From Nitrospirota bacterium (lineage in GTDB: Bacteria; Nitrospirota; UBA9217): DNA of 64,000 bases. Both the position numbers and the translations under genes were made by a program. Positions within the stretch are counted from its first letter, which is position 1, and each line of letters starts with the position of its first letter. The stretch is taken from positions 1,120,001 to 1,184,000 of the forward strand of contig CAWJQQ010000001.1 of NCBI GenBank assembly GCA_963845065.1, read 5' to 3'. The notes under the pieces were generated by a model that ran no database searches, was not told the origin of the DNA, and saw nothing but the letters and a program-made list of their open reading frames with translations. This document shows, one piece after another, positions 29,226-39,010 of this stretch.

Positions 29226-30650
29226 ATGAATTATCAAATACTCTCACTGGTCATTGAAGAGCTTTCAGCACTCCTCACCGGGGCACGCGTAGAGCGTGTT
29301 ATCCAGAGCAAGGAGGCGGGGGTCTTTTTCGTGTTTCGGCGCGCTCGAAAAAATTATGTGCTGCTATGCTCTCCCGATCGTGCCTTGCCCCGTATGCATT
29401 TGGTAAGTTCAAAACCACAATCCATTAATACGCCGCACCCCTTTGTCCTTGCGATGAGAAGCCTGTTAACTGGTTCTCATATAAAAAATATATCACTGCT
29501 GAACCAGGACCGGATAGCGAGGATTTGCTTTGCAAAGCCATCTGTAGAAGAATGCCTTGTCTTTGAATTAACCGGGAGATCAGCAAACATCTTCTTTATC
29601 GGGCCAGATTCGCGAATTATTGCTGCCTACTATTCGGTCACTCCTAATGAACGTTCAGAACGAACATTGTTGCCAGGGTCATCATATGTCTTGCCTCACA
29701 AAGGAGTCATTTTCCCTGCGGACAAGGATAGAATTGTAATTCCTGACTCTGATTCACCGAACAAATCGGCAGAAGCCTACTATGTTCATATGGTACAGGA
29801 GCGATGTATTACAGCACTCGGGTCGGAGATCCGCTCCAGTATCCGAAAAGCCCTTGCAAGGGCCAAGCGTAAGCACAATGCCCTCGAATCTAATCTGCAG
29901 ACAGCTGAACGCGCCGATCAGCTTAAACAGGCGGGAGATTTGATCCTGGCGAATTTGAGGCTCTTGCATGGTGGGATGGACAATGCGGAACTTACCGGTT
30001 ATGACAACCAGACAGTCATGGTCAATCTTGATCCGAGACTATCACCATCGAAGAATGCAGAATTCTACTTTAAGAAGTTTAAAAAAGCCAAAGCAGGACA
30101 ACAGATCATTTTGACGCGTCTATATGATACGGTAGAGGAAATATCCTTCCTGAACTCCCTTCTGGACGAAATGGGGAAGCTGGACAATGCCTCTCAACTG
30201 ACAACGATTCGATCTGAACTATTGGCTCGCGGATATTTAAAGGAGAAGCCAGTAGGAAAGGGGAAAGCCCATCCTGCGAAAAATGTCTCCGGTTACAGAA
30301 CCATAGTCTGCCGGGGGTGGGAAATTCTTATCGGTACTAATGCTTCGGGCAATGATCATATTACGACCAGGATCGCCCGTCCTGATGACTTCTGGCTCCA
30401 TGCCGAAGGACTGCCCGGCTCACATGTGCTTGTGAGAAACTCGATGAAGGGGGAGATTCCGCCGGATGTATTATTGAAAGCTGCGGCCTTGGCAGCATAT
30501 TACAGCAAGGGGAGAAACGCAGACAAGGTATCGGTCACGTATACGTATGCACGGTTTATAAAAAAGCCGAAAGGCGCAAAGCCGGGGCTCGTTACGATCT
30601 CAGAACGGAAAACGATCGTGGTCAGGCCGGCAGACGGCGTGCTGGTGTGA
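29226..30650 (+). CDS. rqcH: NFACT family protein (RqcH/FbpA-like ribosome quality control factor)
   Basis: NFACT-N (DRI, LVFELTGR.ANI), NAE.YFKKFKKAK coiled coil, NFACT-R (WLHA...PGSHV, A.LAAYYS, KKPKGAKPG.V). Confidence 0.85.
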   Translation: MNYQILSLVIEELSALLTGARVERVIQSKEAGVFFVFRRARKNYVLLCSPDRALPRMHLVSSKPQSINTPHPFVLAMRSLLTGSHIKNISLLNQDRIARICFAKPSVEECLVFELTGRSANIFFIGPDSRIIAAYYSVTPNERSERTLLPGSSYVLPHKGVIFPADKDRIVIPDSDSPNKSAEAYYVHMVQERCITALGSEIRSSIRKALARAKRKHNALESNLQTAERADQLKQAGDLILANLRLLHGGMDNAELTGYDNQTVMVNLDPRLSPSKNAEFYFKKFKKAKAGQQIILTRLYDTVEEISFLNSLLDEMGKLDNASQLTTIRSELLARGYLKEKPVGKGKAHPAKNVSGYRTIVCRGWEILIGTNASGNDHITTRIARPDDFWLHAEGLPGSHVLVRNSMKGEIPPDVLLKAAALAAYYSKGRNADKVSVTYTYARFIKKPKGAKPGLVTISERKTIVVRPADGVLV

Positions 30651-30741
30651 TTATTCATGCTTCCTGCCCGAAGATCGTGATATTTTCCTTTACACATTTC
30701 ATCGTTTCAAGTAGACTTTAACAAGTCATCGTGAGCAAAAC

Positions 30742-32676
30742 ATGTCAAAAAAAACAATCATTACAGTCGTCATTGCGATAGTGGTTCTCATTGTTACTAT
30801 CTCCTGCTATTCATTAGGCATATTCGAAAAGCCGGAGTACTATTTCTACGACCTTCAAGCAAAGCTTTTGCGCTCCAACAAGATGCTCGATAGCAAGATC
30901 AAGGTCATCCTCATCGATGAAGCCTCGCTCAAGGCGCTAGCAGACATTGCGGGCAGGTGGCCGTGGCCACGAGCAATCTGGTCAGACCTGCTCGATTTTC
31001 TATCGATAGGTGGCGCGCGGACAGTGCTCTTCGATCTTCTTTTTTTAGAACCAGACCGCTATAATGCTAAAAACGACCAGGCGCTTATTGAGGCGACCAG
31101 GGAATCCCAAAACGTTTACCATGGCATGATGATCATGCGCGAAGAGCCTGATAAGGACGTTAGGAACAATACTGACCTGAACCGTCCTATGCCCAGATAT
31201 TTCGTGAGTCGGTTCGCGCTCAAGAAAGTCTCGGGCAGCCTCTCAGTCAAGCCGGGCACCGAATATAACAACTTTGCTCTGCCGATTGCCGGGCTGGCTA
31301 AAGCCTCAAAAGGCATGACTGTCGTTGAATTCACGCCTGACAGTGACGGTATATACCGGAAGACGAGGCCGCTCCGAGACTACCAAGGCAACTATTTCAC
31401 GGTCCTTGGCCTTGCTCCTTTTGTCGACGCTGCAAGCACCGTGAAGATCAATATCAATTCGATTAAAATTAACGACCGGACAATACCGATTGATAAAAAT
31501 GGAAACTGTCTCATCAATATGTACGACCTTGACAAGGTGGAAACCTATTCCATGAGCGGTGTGCTCGCATCGCTTCAAAAAATCCGAAAAGGCGAAGTCG
31601 AGAACCTTCTGGTGAACCCCGAGGTATTCAAGGACAGCATCGTGTTCATTGGCGCTAGCGCTGTCGGTACTGCGGACCTTAAGGCCATACCGGTTGCCCC
31701 CAACGCTCCCGGCGTCATGCTTCATGTCTTCTTAGCGAACAATTATCTCCAGAACGATTTTATGAGGCCGCCCGACAACCGGTTGACGTTCTTTTCAGTG
31801 CTTCTCAGCGTGCTTCTTACGTCATGGGCCGTGATGTTTTCCAAGCGTTTTATCATCCAAGCCGCATTTCCCGCATGCCTGCTTTTGCTCTATATCGGTT
31901 ATGCGCTACTGTCGTTTAAATCAAACATGCAAGTCGATCTTATGCCATTTCTTTTCGCCTTGGTGACGACCAGCTTTTTGTCATTCGGCTACCTAACCTT
32001 TACCGAGGCCGTTGAGAAACGGCATGTGTCGCAGTTGTTTACGCAGTATGTTTCTAAGGATATTTTAAACGAAGTGCTGAACAATTATAAGGAATATATA
32101 AAGTCGAGCGCGGGCCAGAAAGTAGAGTTGACCGTTCTCTTCTCCGACATCCGGGGATTCACGACCATGTCCGAGACCACCCCACCTGAAAAGATTGTGG
32201 AAATGCTGAATATTCATTTTTCCGTCATGGCCGATATCATTCTGAAGCACAACGGAACTATTGACAAATACATCGGCGACGCGATCATGGCTTTCTGGGG
32301 CGCACCAGTCAAGAGAGATGATCATGCGGAGCAGTCCGTACTTGCGGCCCAAGAAATGCTCGAAGGGCTCAAGGAGGTCAATAAAACCCTTAAGGACCGG
32401 GGCTTCAGCTTGGAGGTGAAGATCGGCATTGGCATTAATACCGGGGTAGCCACGATCGGAGAAATCGGTTCGGAGAAGAAGAAAAACTATACCATCGTGG
32501 GAGACACTGTCAATCTGGCATCGCGGCTCGAGAGCATCACCAAAGAATACAAAACCCCTTTGATCTTTTCCGAATATACTTATGAAAAGATCAAAAATCG
32601 GATTAACGGCAAGCTGCTCGGCAATGTGAAGGTCAAGGGGAGAGGGCAGCCCGTTGACATTTATACGATTGAATAA
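30742..32676 (+). CDS. CHASE2-domain class III adenylate cyclase
   Basis: GRWPWPR, PDSDG..R, PGV.LH (CHASE2); three TM; VLFSDIRGFT, DKYIGDAIM, YTIVGDTVNLASRLE. Confidence 0.92.
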   Translation: MSKKTIITVVIAIVVLIVTISCYSLGIFEKPEYYFYDLQAKLLRSNKMLDSKIKVILIDEASLKALADIAGRWPWPRAIWSDLLDFLSIGGARTVLFDLLFLEPDRYNAKNDQALIEATRESQNVYHGMMIMREEPDKDVRNNTDLNRPMPRYFVSRFALKKVSGSLSVKPGTEYNNFALPIAGLAKASKGMTVVEFTPDSDGIYRKTRPLRDYQGNYFTVLGLAPFVDAASTVKININSIKINDRTIPIDKNGNCLINMYDLDKVETYSMSGVLASLQKIRKGEVENLLVNPEVFKDSIVFIGASAVGTADLKAIPVAPNAPGVMLHVFLANNYLQNDFMRPPDNRLTFFSVLLSVLLTSWAVMFSKRFIIQAAFPACLLLLYIGYALLSFKSNMQVDLMPFLFALVTTSFLSFGYLTFTEAVEKRHVSQLFTQYVSKDILNEVLNNYKEYIKSSAGQKVELTVLFSDIRGFTTMSETTPPEKIVEMLNIHFSVMADIILKHNGTIDKYIGDAIMAFWGAPVKRDDHAEQSVLAAQEMLEGLKEVNKTLKDRGFSLEVKIGIGINTGVATIGEIGSEKKKNYTIVGDTVNLASRLESITKEYKTPLIFSEYTYEKIKNRINGKLLGNVKVKGRGQPVDIYTIE

Positions 32677-32818
32677 GGAAATGGGTTTCAAAAAATGATA
32701 AAATAGAAATTAGAGGTTCAGAACACGGAAGAGTGACTGTCGGACTAAGCTTGTAAGAAATAAACCGTTGGTTGAGGGCGTGGGCATGTGTACACATGAA
32801 GTTAACAGGAGGTGTGCT

Positions 32819-33307
32819 ATGAAAAGAATACTTGTGCCAGTTCTCTTTCTCATGGCTTTTATGATCCTTACATCATCGGTCCATGCCCAGAATGCGTATT
32901 ATGTTCAGAGCGTAAAAGCAAAAGTGATGTCCGCAACGTCTTTTAAATCGCCGTTGATGGGAGAGGTAGGAAAAGGATATAAATTTATCTCCTCGGGCAA
33001 GGTGGGCACCTGGATCAAGGTGAAATATAAGAACAAAACCGGCTACGTGTACTACATTCTGCTCGCCACGCACCCGCCCTTTGACAAAATAGCTATCATC
33101 AAAGCCAACGAAGAAGACATCAACCAGGGTGTCCGCAGGCGTGCATCATCATTCACAAGCGCAGCCGCAGCTCGCGGTCTTGCATCAGACGATCGGCGAA
33201 GGCTCAGTAATGAGGAAAGAGCAGACTACGATTTACTTGAGTACATGGAATCTTTCAGAGTCACCGCTGACGAACTCAATAGGTTCATGGAGGGAAAGAC
33301 GCCATGA
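32819..33307 (+). CDS. Secreted SH3b-like domain protein
   Basis: AGGAGG RBS, signal peptide, G.WIKVKY..KTGYV SH3b-like signature, C-terminal SAAAARGL motif. Confidence 0.75.
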   Translation: MKRILVPVLFLMAFMILTSSVHAQNAYYVQSVKAKVMSATSFKSPLMGEVGKGYKFISSGKVGTWIKVKYKNKTGYVYYILLATHPPFDKIAIIKANEEDINQGVRRRASSFTSAAAARGLASDDRRRLSNEERADYDLLEYMESFRVTADELNRFMEGKTP

Positions 33308-34152
33308 AAAAATGGATCATCTTACTGTCAGCACTTGTGGTCGCAAGCAGTTTAACATCCCCTCTCTCACTTTCCGCGGATGAATCTGAGGCGAATTTCA
33401 GACAGAGGGCATCAGCTAGTGACGAGATCAACATTTCGGATATTACAGAAGAAGTTCGGTTCGGGCGGGAAGTCGCGGCGCGGATTATCGCACGATTTGG
33501 GCTGTATGATAACCCAGAGCTCATGAAGTATGTAACTCTAGTTGGGAATGTGCTGGCCATGAACGCGGGCAGGCCGGAACTTGAATTCCATTTTGCCATA
33601 TTGGATACCGACGATATTAACGGGTATTCGGCACCCGGCGGGTATATCTTTGTTACGCGTGGCGCGCTTGCAAATATGCAGGACGAATCAGAACTTGCCG
33701 GTGTGCTTGCACATGAGATGGGCCATGTGGTAGAAAAACATGTTGTCAAAGAGCTGAACATCAAGGGACAGAGCATGTCATCAGTGTCCAGTCTTGCAAT
33801 GCTTATCGGCGGAAACTCCGAATCGGCGCGCTTGGCGTTTTCTCAATCAGTGGATAAGGCAATGGATGTGCTGTTTAAGAATGGACTAAAACGTGGGGAT
33901 GAAATTCAGGCGGATAGGGATGCTGTCTTGTTTTGCGCTTTTTCTGGATATGATCCGACCGGCTTGCCGCGGTTTTTTGAACGAATAAATAAGATAAAAG
34001 GAAACGAAACAGCAATAATAGACAAAACCCATCCACCTTTTAACGACCGGATCGCGTGGCTTAACGGGATGATAAAAGAAGAGGGGATCGATTCGGGCAA
34101 CTATAAAACCGACAAGGATAGATTCGTAGAATATATCAAGCTACTGAAATAG
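33304..34152 (+). CDS. Secreted M48 family metallopeptidase (BepA/YfgC-like catalytic domain)
   Basis: Signal peptide, IN.YSAPGGYIFVTRG, ELAGVLAHEMGH, E.QAD, GYDP, THP...DRI; ATGA overlap with the SH3 gene. Confidence 0.9.
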   Translation: MKKWIILLSALVVASSLTSPLSLSADESEANFRQRASASDEINISDITEEVRFGREVAARIIARFGLYDNPELMKYVTLVGNVLAMNAGRPELEFHFAILDTDDINGYSAPGGYIFVTRGALANMQDESELAGVLAHEMGHVVEKHVVKELNIKGQSMSSVSSLAMLIGGNSESARLAFSQSVDKAMDVLFKNGLKRGDEIQADRDAVLFCAFSGYDPTGLPRFFERINKIKGNETAIIDKTHPPFNDRIAWLNGMIKEEGIDSGNYKTDKDRFVEYIKLLK

Positions 34153-34165
34153 GAGGAAGCTTTAC

Positions 34166-34214
34166 ATATCAGCGCAGGAAAACCCCACATGCTTTAACAT
34201 TGGGAGCACGTCAA
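34166..34214 (+). repeat. Single-hairpin IS200/IS605-end-like mini-element, copy 2
   Basis: TTAC|ATATCAGCGCAGGAAAACCCCACATGCTTTAACATTGGGAGCACGTCAA. Confidence 0.6.
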
Positions 34215-34393
34215 ATAAGAACCACATGCATTACGTTTCCCTAATATCGCACAGCGACTGCCAAATCAAAATATTCAAACGGTTTCCAAATAGGCCGCTT
34301 ATTTATTGTCTGTGAATGTGATATTTTCAACATTGCACTTTGAGGGGACTATACTATTCTTCCAAATAAATAATAGACAACAGGAGGCTAGAA

Positions 34394-35716
34394 ATGAATA
34401 AAAATTTTATTTTAATAGCAATCCTCTCAGCCATGATTTCCTGCATGGCGGCCACTGCCGCTGCAGATGAATTACATTACACTAACCTTCTAATAGGCGA
34501 CCGCGCTTCGGGCATGGGAGGCGCGTATACCGCCGTCTCCGATGACGCGACCGGCCTCTACTACAACCCCGCCGGTATTGCCTATGCTGTCGGCAGGAAC
34601 TTTTCCGCCAGTGTCAATGCCTTTTATGACAATGTGAAAACGTACAAAAATGTGCTCAGCAACGGAAACGGCTATACGAGGAAATCATCGTCTCTCCTGC
34701 CGAATTACTTCGGGGTGGTGCAGCCTTTAGGGAGATTTAAAGTCGGCCTTTCTTATGCAGTGCCCGACTCTATCACGGAGGACCAACAGCAGACGGTCTC
34801 GAACTTCCCACTCAATCCGTCCATTCAGCCATTTAATCCGGGTGCAAACATATCATCGTATACTGTTAATTACAAAAACGAGTACAATGTATATAACTTT
34901 GGTCCCTCAATAGCAACGGAACTGACAGATAATTTCTCTGCAGGGCTCACGCTCTATTATTATCAAAAAACTCAGAGCTATATGTTGAACCAGCTTACTC
35001 TCACATCGAACGGTGGATATGAATTGATTGATCAGTATTACCATACCAATGAATGGGGTGTTCGGCCTATTCTTGGTTTTATGTGGTCGCCAATGAATGC
35101 CGTGTCAATCGGGCTGGCATTTTCGAAGATATTTATCGAAGGCTCTAATACGAACTTCATGAACACTTACGTACGCAACAACATCGCCATCGACAATAAC
35201 CCAGAGGACACTAACCTGACAATCTTACCCAACGGCACGTCCGGCTCTAATGCGAAGAGGGAATACCCGACCCAGATCAGCCTAGGCGCAGCCTGGTTCC
35301 CAACGGCAAGTCTTCTCGTCTCTGGCGATATTAAATATTTTACTAAGGTCAATGAACAGGACTTTGTGGTAAATGGCCAATCATATGTTTTACGTCAGTA
35401 TGCAGAGCCTGTTACGAATTATGCCCTCGGAACAGAATATTATTTCACCAAAAACTGGGCCATAAGGGCGGGTGTCTATACGGACAAGTCAAATGCAGCG
35501 AATGTTGAAATGGGCGGCATGAATCAGCCTGAGCATGTTGACCTTTACGGCGGTACATTGAGCATCAGCAGCTTTTCGCGCAATACTTCGGTGACGCTTG
35601 GTGGCGGAATAACCGACGGCACAGGAAAGGCGCAGATCCTTAACAATAGCACGAATATTCAGGATACTGTTTCCAAAAGCTGGACGCTATTCCTTTCTTC
35701 AACATACTCTTATTAA
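34394..35716 (+). CDS. FadL/OmpP1-like outer-membrane beta-barrel protein
   Basis: Signal peptide, G.RASGMGGAYTAVSDDATGLYYNPAG (FadL-type N-terminal motif), amphipathic strands, terminal aromatic residue. Confidence 0.82.
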   Translation: MNKNFILIAILSAMISCMAATAAADELHYTNLLIGDRASGMGGAYTAVSDDATGLYYNPAGIAYAVGRNFSASVNAFYDNVKTYKNVLSNGNGYTRKSSSLLPNYFGVVQPLGRFKVGLSYAVPDSITEDQQQTVSNFPLNPSIQPFNPGANISSYTVNYKNEYNVYNFGPSIATELTDNFSAGLTLYYYQKTQSYMLNQLTLTSNGGYELIDQYYHTNEWGVRPILGFMWSPMNAVSIGLAFSKIFIEGSNTNFMNTYVRNNIAIDNNPEDTNLTILPNGTSGSNAKREYPTQISLGAAWFPTASLLVSGDIKYFTKVNEQDFVVNGQSYVLRQYAEPVTNYALGTEYYFTKNWAIRAGVYTDKSNAANVEMGGMNQPEHVDLYGGTLSISSFSRNTSVTLGGGITDGTGKAQILNNSTNIQDTVSKSWTLFLSSTYSY

Positions 35717-36028
35717 TCGGTCCAAAGACATTTTAACCTGAATCCGGTACATTAAATAACTGAAATGTTGGTTTAAGCAGCACAAATTTTGTTTTTATTG
35801 CTAAAGGGCATCGGATTGTAACCTAATTTTTAAATAGATTACATTCGGTCGGCCCTTTAACTGAATTTACAGTGGTTTTTGTTGACGATATTGATGCTCG
35901 ATTTTATTGTTCACGCCGGATTCAGGTTCAATACTATCTTGCCCGCTTTTTTTGGGAAAAAGGTGGGTATGACAACCTTCGAAATATATACCCACAAAAT
36001 ACCCGTTGAAGCCATTAAGTTGTCCATC

Positions 36029-36233
36029 AAAATGTTTTATGGGGTGACTCGAAGACAGGTAAGCCACCATTATTCTGCAAGTTACGTTAGTATTTGAATG
36101 GCGTGCGGCAAGAATTAGCCCAACAAAAAGGATGCCAGATCATATCTGGGCACATCGCGAAGGATCATATACACATGTGCATAGATATTCAGCTAAAGTT
36201 TGCTGTGTCAGAGACGATAGGGTACTTAAAGGG
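36029..36233 (+). pseudogene. tnpA: IS200-type Y1 transposase remnant, 5' part
   Basis: KMFYGVTRRQV.../ELAQQKGCQIISGHIAKDHIHMCIDIQLKFAVSETIGYLKG: HUH motif (DHIH) and ..LKG. Confidence 0.8.
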
Positions 36234-36291
36234 TTGATAACTGTTCTCTATTAAGTGGCATATTGTAGAATAATATGCTATAATAGTATTC

Positions 36292-36861
36292 ATGAAATTA
36301 AGCGTATGGGCCAAACAGCAGGGAATTACCCATAAAGCGGCATGGAACTGGTGGAAGGCAGGCAAACTGCCGGTTGAAGCGGAACAGATGCCGTCTGGCA
36401 CTATCATCATCAAAGAGCAAAAGGCAACTGCAACAGGGAACGCAGCTCTTTATGCCAGAGTATCAAGCCATGACCAGAAAAAGGACCTGGATGTGCAAAT
36501 CGGACGGCTGTCACAGTTTGCCGCATCGCAGAAATTGGCGGTTACCATGGCCGTTACGGAAGTCGGTTCTGGCCTGAACGGGCACAGGCCGAAACTCATG
36601 AAGCTTTTGGCAGATTCGACGGTAAGTATTATCGTTGTCGAACATCGCGATCGGCTGATGAGGTTCGGATCTGAATATGTTGAGTCATCGCTTCGCGCTC
36701 AGGACAGAAAGCTCATCATTATGGACCAGACGGAGCTTAAAGACGATCTTGTGCAGGATATGATAGAGGTGTTGACGTCATTTTGCGCAAGACTGTATGG
36801 ACGGAGGTCCGCAGCTAATAAAGCAAAAAAGGCGATTGAGGCTATGAATGATGGCAAGTAG
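36292..36861 (+). CDS. tnpA: IS607 serine recombinase transposase
   Basis: MKLSVWAKQQGI...AW.WWKAG (MerR-like HTH), YARVSS.DQK.DL..Q, EVGSGLN, VEHRDRL.RFG, LTSFCARLYGRRS. Confidence 0.95.
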   Translation: MKLSVWAKQQGITHKAAWNWWKAGKLPVEAEQMPSGTIIIKEQKATATGNAALYARVSSHDQKKDLDVQIGRLSQFAASQKLAVTMAVTEVGSGLNGHRPKLMKLLADSTVSIIVVEHRDRLMRFGSEYVESSLRAQDRKLIIMDQTELKDDLVQDMIEVLTSFCARLYGRRSAANKAKKAIEAMNDGK

Positions 36862-38545
36862 CAAAAACTTCTCAAAAAGCAGGAAAGGCGGCAACGGGCA
36901 GGGCAGCGATGTCCTTTCTTTTACCGCCTGTACTTTATTACAGAATAGAGTCCTCGCGGGTGCTTTCATTTCATTGTATGGCGTTCTCGATGAAATCGGC
37001 AGCATGTATGGGCACATCAAGAGGTCTTTGTTCAAGGACTTCATGGCTACCGGCAAAAAACCCCTGTCATTCAAAAACGCATATTTGCTGAGATTCGGGA
37101 TCACCGCGCGGCAATTCAATGCAATCAGATATGACCTTGACGGCAATATAAGCTCCGCTGTGGAAGTCCTGAAGAAACGCATAGAGGATACAAGAAACAG
37201 CGTAAAATCCGTCAAAGAATGGATAGAGGGCAGGGAATCAAAGATTGGCCGCCTGAAAAAAGGCGTGGATTTACCCAAGCCTGTGCGTGACCAGCAGATA
37301 CATGATATCCGCTACGCCCTCCACCAGAAGAGGAGAAAGCTTCATGCGCTCGAGCTTAAACTGGAGGCGCTTACCGATGATTTGAAGTGCAATCGGGTCC
37401 GGATATGCTTTGGGTCAAAATCACTGTTCCGAAAGCAGTTTACCATTTATGAGAACGGCTATATCGGGCATGATGAATAGAGGGCGGACTGGAAGAAGGC
37501 GCGTGGGTCCCAGTCCTTTTGCCTCGGATCGAAAGATGAGCGCACCGGCAACCAGTCATGCACGCTGTCCATGGACGGGACGCTCCGGATCCGCATTCCG
37601 AACCGCCTCTGTGCCAGATATGGGAAATATGCCGTAGTTGCCGAAATTAAATATCCATACGGGCAAGACGTTGTTGAACAGGCGCTCTCCAGCGGGCAGG
37701 CACTTACGCATCGCTTTGTCCGGAATGAAAAGGGATGGTACCTGCATACATCGGTTGAAATCAAGAAGCCTGAGCAGGTCACCTTTGAACCACGGTCAAT
37801 AGGATGTATTGGTGTTGATGTCAACGAGAACGAGATCGCTATTTCCGAGTCAGACCGGTTCGGGAACCTTGTAGGGAGCACCTCGTACCCGGCATGCGTA
37901 AAAGACAGGACTTCTGACCAGACGGAGGCTGTTTACGGTGACATCTGTAAAGAGATCGTTGCCAGAGCCACATCTACCGGCAAGCCGATCAGCCATGAAA
38001 CGCTTGATTTCAGCAAAAAGAAGGCATCGTTAAAACAACAAGGAGTGACGTATTCCAGGATGCTTTCCGGGTTTGCTTATTCATCGTTTCTTACCATGCT
38101 CGATCGACGCGCGTTTAAAGCAGGCGTTACGGTATTCTCCGTAAACCCGGCATTTACGTCCGTTATTGGAATGGCAAATTATATGTCTCGCTACGGGATC
38201 ACGAAGCATGAAGCGGCAGCGCTTATCATCGCGAGACGTGCACAAAGATATTCCGAGTCGCCTGCGGCGGCCAGAACCGCCTCTCCCCTACCTGTAAGGA
38301 ATCGGGAAGAGCACGTCTGGAAATACAGGCGCAGGTCAAAGGAAAGCGGGGTTCGTGCCTGTACAGACGGACTCTCCTCCAGAAGGCGGCCCTTACAGGG
38401 CTCCACAGGCAGCGCTGAATCCCAACATGGATCGTTGCGTGAAATGACAGTGCTCACCTCCTGGCCACCTGCCGATGATTTTTGTTCACTCGATATCGGG
38501 AAGGCGTCAGGTGTGTTGCCGAGTAGTAAAAAGGCGCTTGTGTGA
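36848..38545 (+). pseudogene. tnpB: IS607-associated TnpB-related nuclease interrupted by one in-frame TAG (37478-37480)
   Basis: ORFs 36848-37480 and 37571-38545 share a frame; read-through gives GHDE*RADWKKARGSQ..GSKDE..GNQSC; RuvC-like IGVDVN, HETLDF, VNPAFTS. Confidence 0.85.
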
Positions 38546-38637
38546 ATCAGGGCGAGAATCCCTGACGTTAACCGGCAGCAGCACTGTTCGGCTGCCGTTA
38601 TGGCAATTACGGATAAAAAGCCATATTCCAGGAACGG

Positions 38638-38790
38638 TAAGAGTGCGATAGCCGTGGCTGGACAGTTTGGAGGGAAACAACGCAATTTCAGCGGAGAGAA
38701 CCTCGGGGCGCACGGGCTATGCCGTGTCAACAGTAGAATTTGAGCTTGAGACGAGTAAAAAGTAAATCGCTGAACAAGTAAAGGGTAACT
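38638..38790 (+). pseudogene. tnpA: IS200-type Y1 transposase remnant, 3' part
   Basis: KSAIAVAGQFGGKQRNFSGEN.../GYAVSTV.FELE...IAEQ, continuing the 36029-36233 fragment, with a frameshift and a stop. Confidence 0.8.
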
Positions 38791-39010
38791 GCAATTGCGA
38801 TGATGGGAAATTCTAGCTCAAAGTGTAACGACCATTTTCAGAAACCTGACGGGCCATCAAAGCTTCCCTCTCTGAAATAAAGCTTAACACTTTTCCTTCG
38901 GTGTTTATCAAACCACCGACTTCACCGCGGCAAGACTACAAGCGCAGGCCGTAGACTATAGCCATGATCGCCCTAAATGTGCATGCAAATTGTATGCAGA
39001 GGTATTTGTC

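Larger units (their letters stand above)
36234..38637 (+). mobile_element. IS607-family insertion sequence (~2.4 kb) inserted into IS200 tnpA
   Basis: GG(T) core at both junctions (36232-34 and 38636-38); removing the element restores tac-tta-aag-ggt-aag-agt-gcg-ata (YLKGKSAI); contains serine-recombinase tnpA and tnpB. Confidence 0.9.

Noticed and set aside
36234..36291. IStron (group I intron fused to IS607)
   Set aside because: Only ~58 bp between the left end and tnpA, too short for an intron core
37478..37480. Pyrrolysine or recoded TAG in tnpB
   Set aside because: TAG is used as a normal stop elsewhere in the window and no pyl genes are seen; a TGG>TAG mutation is simpler
38908..38937. 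Right end of the decayed IS200
   Set aside because: Resembles an IS200 terminal hairpin but is too degenerate to fix a boundary
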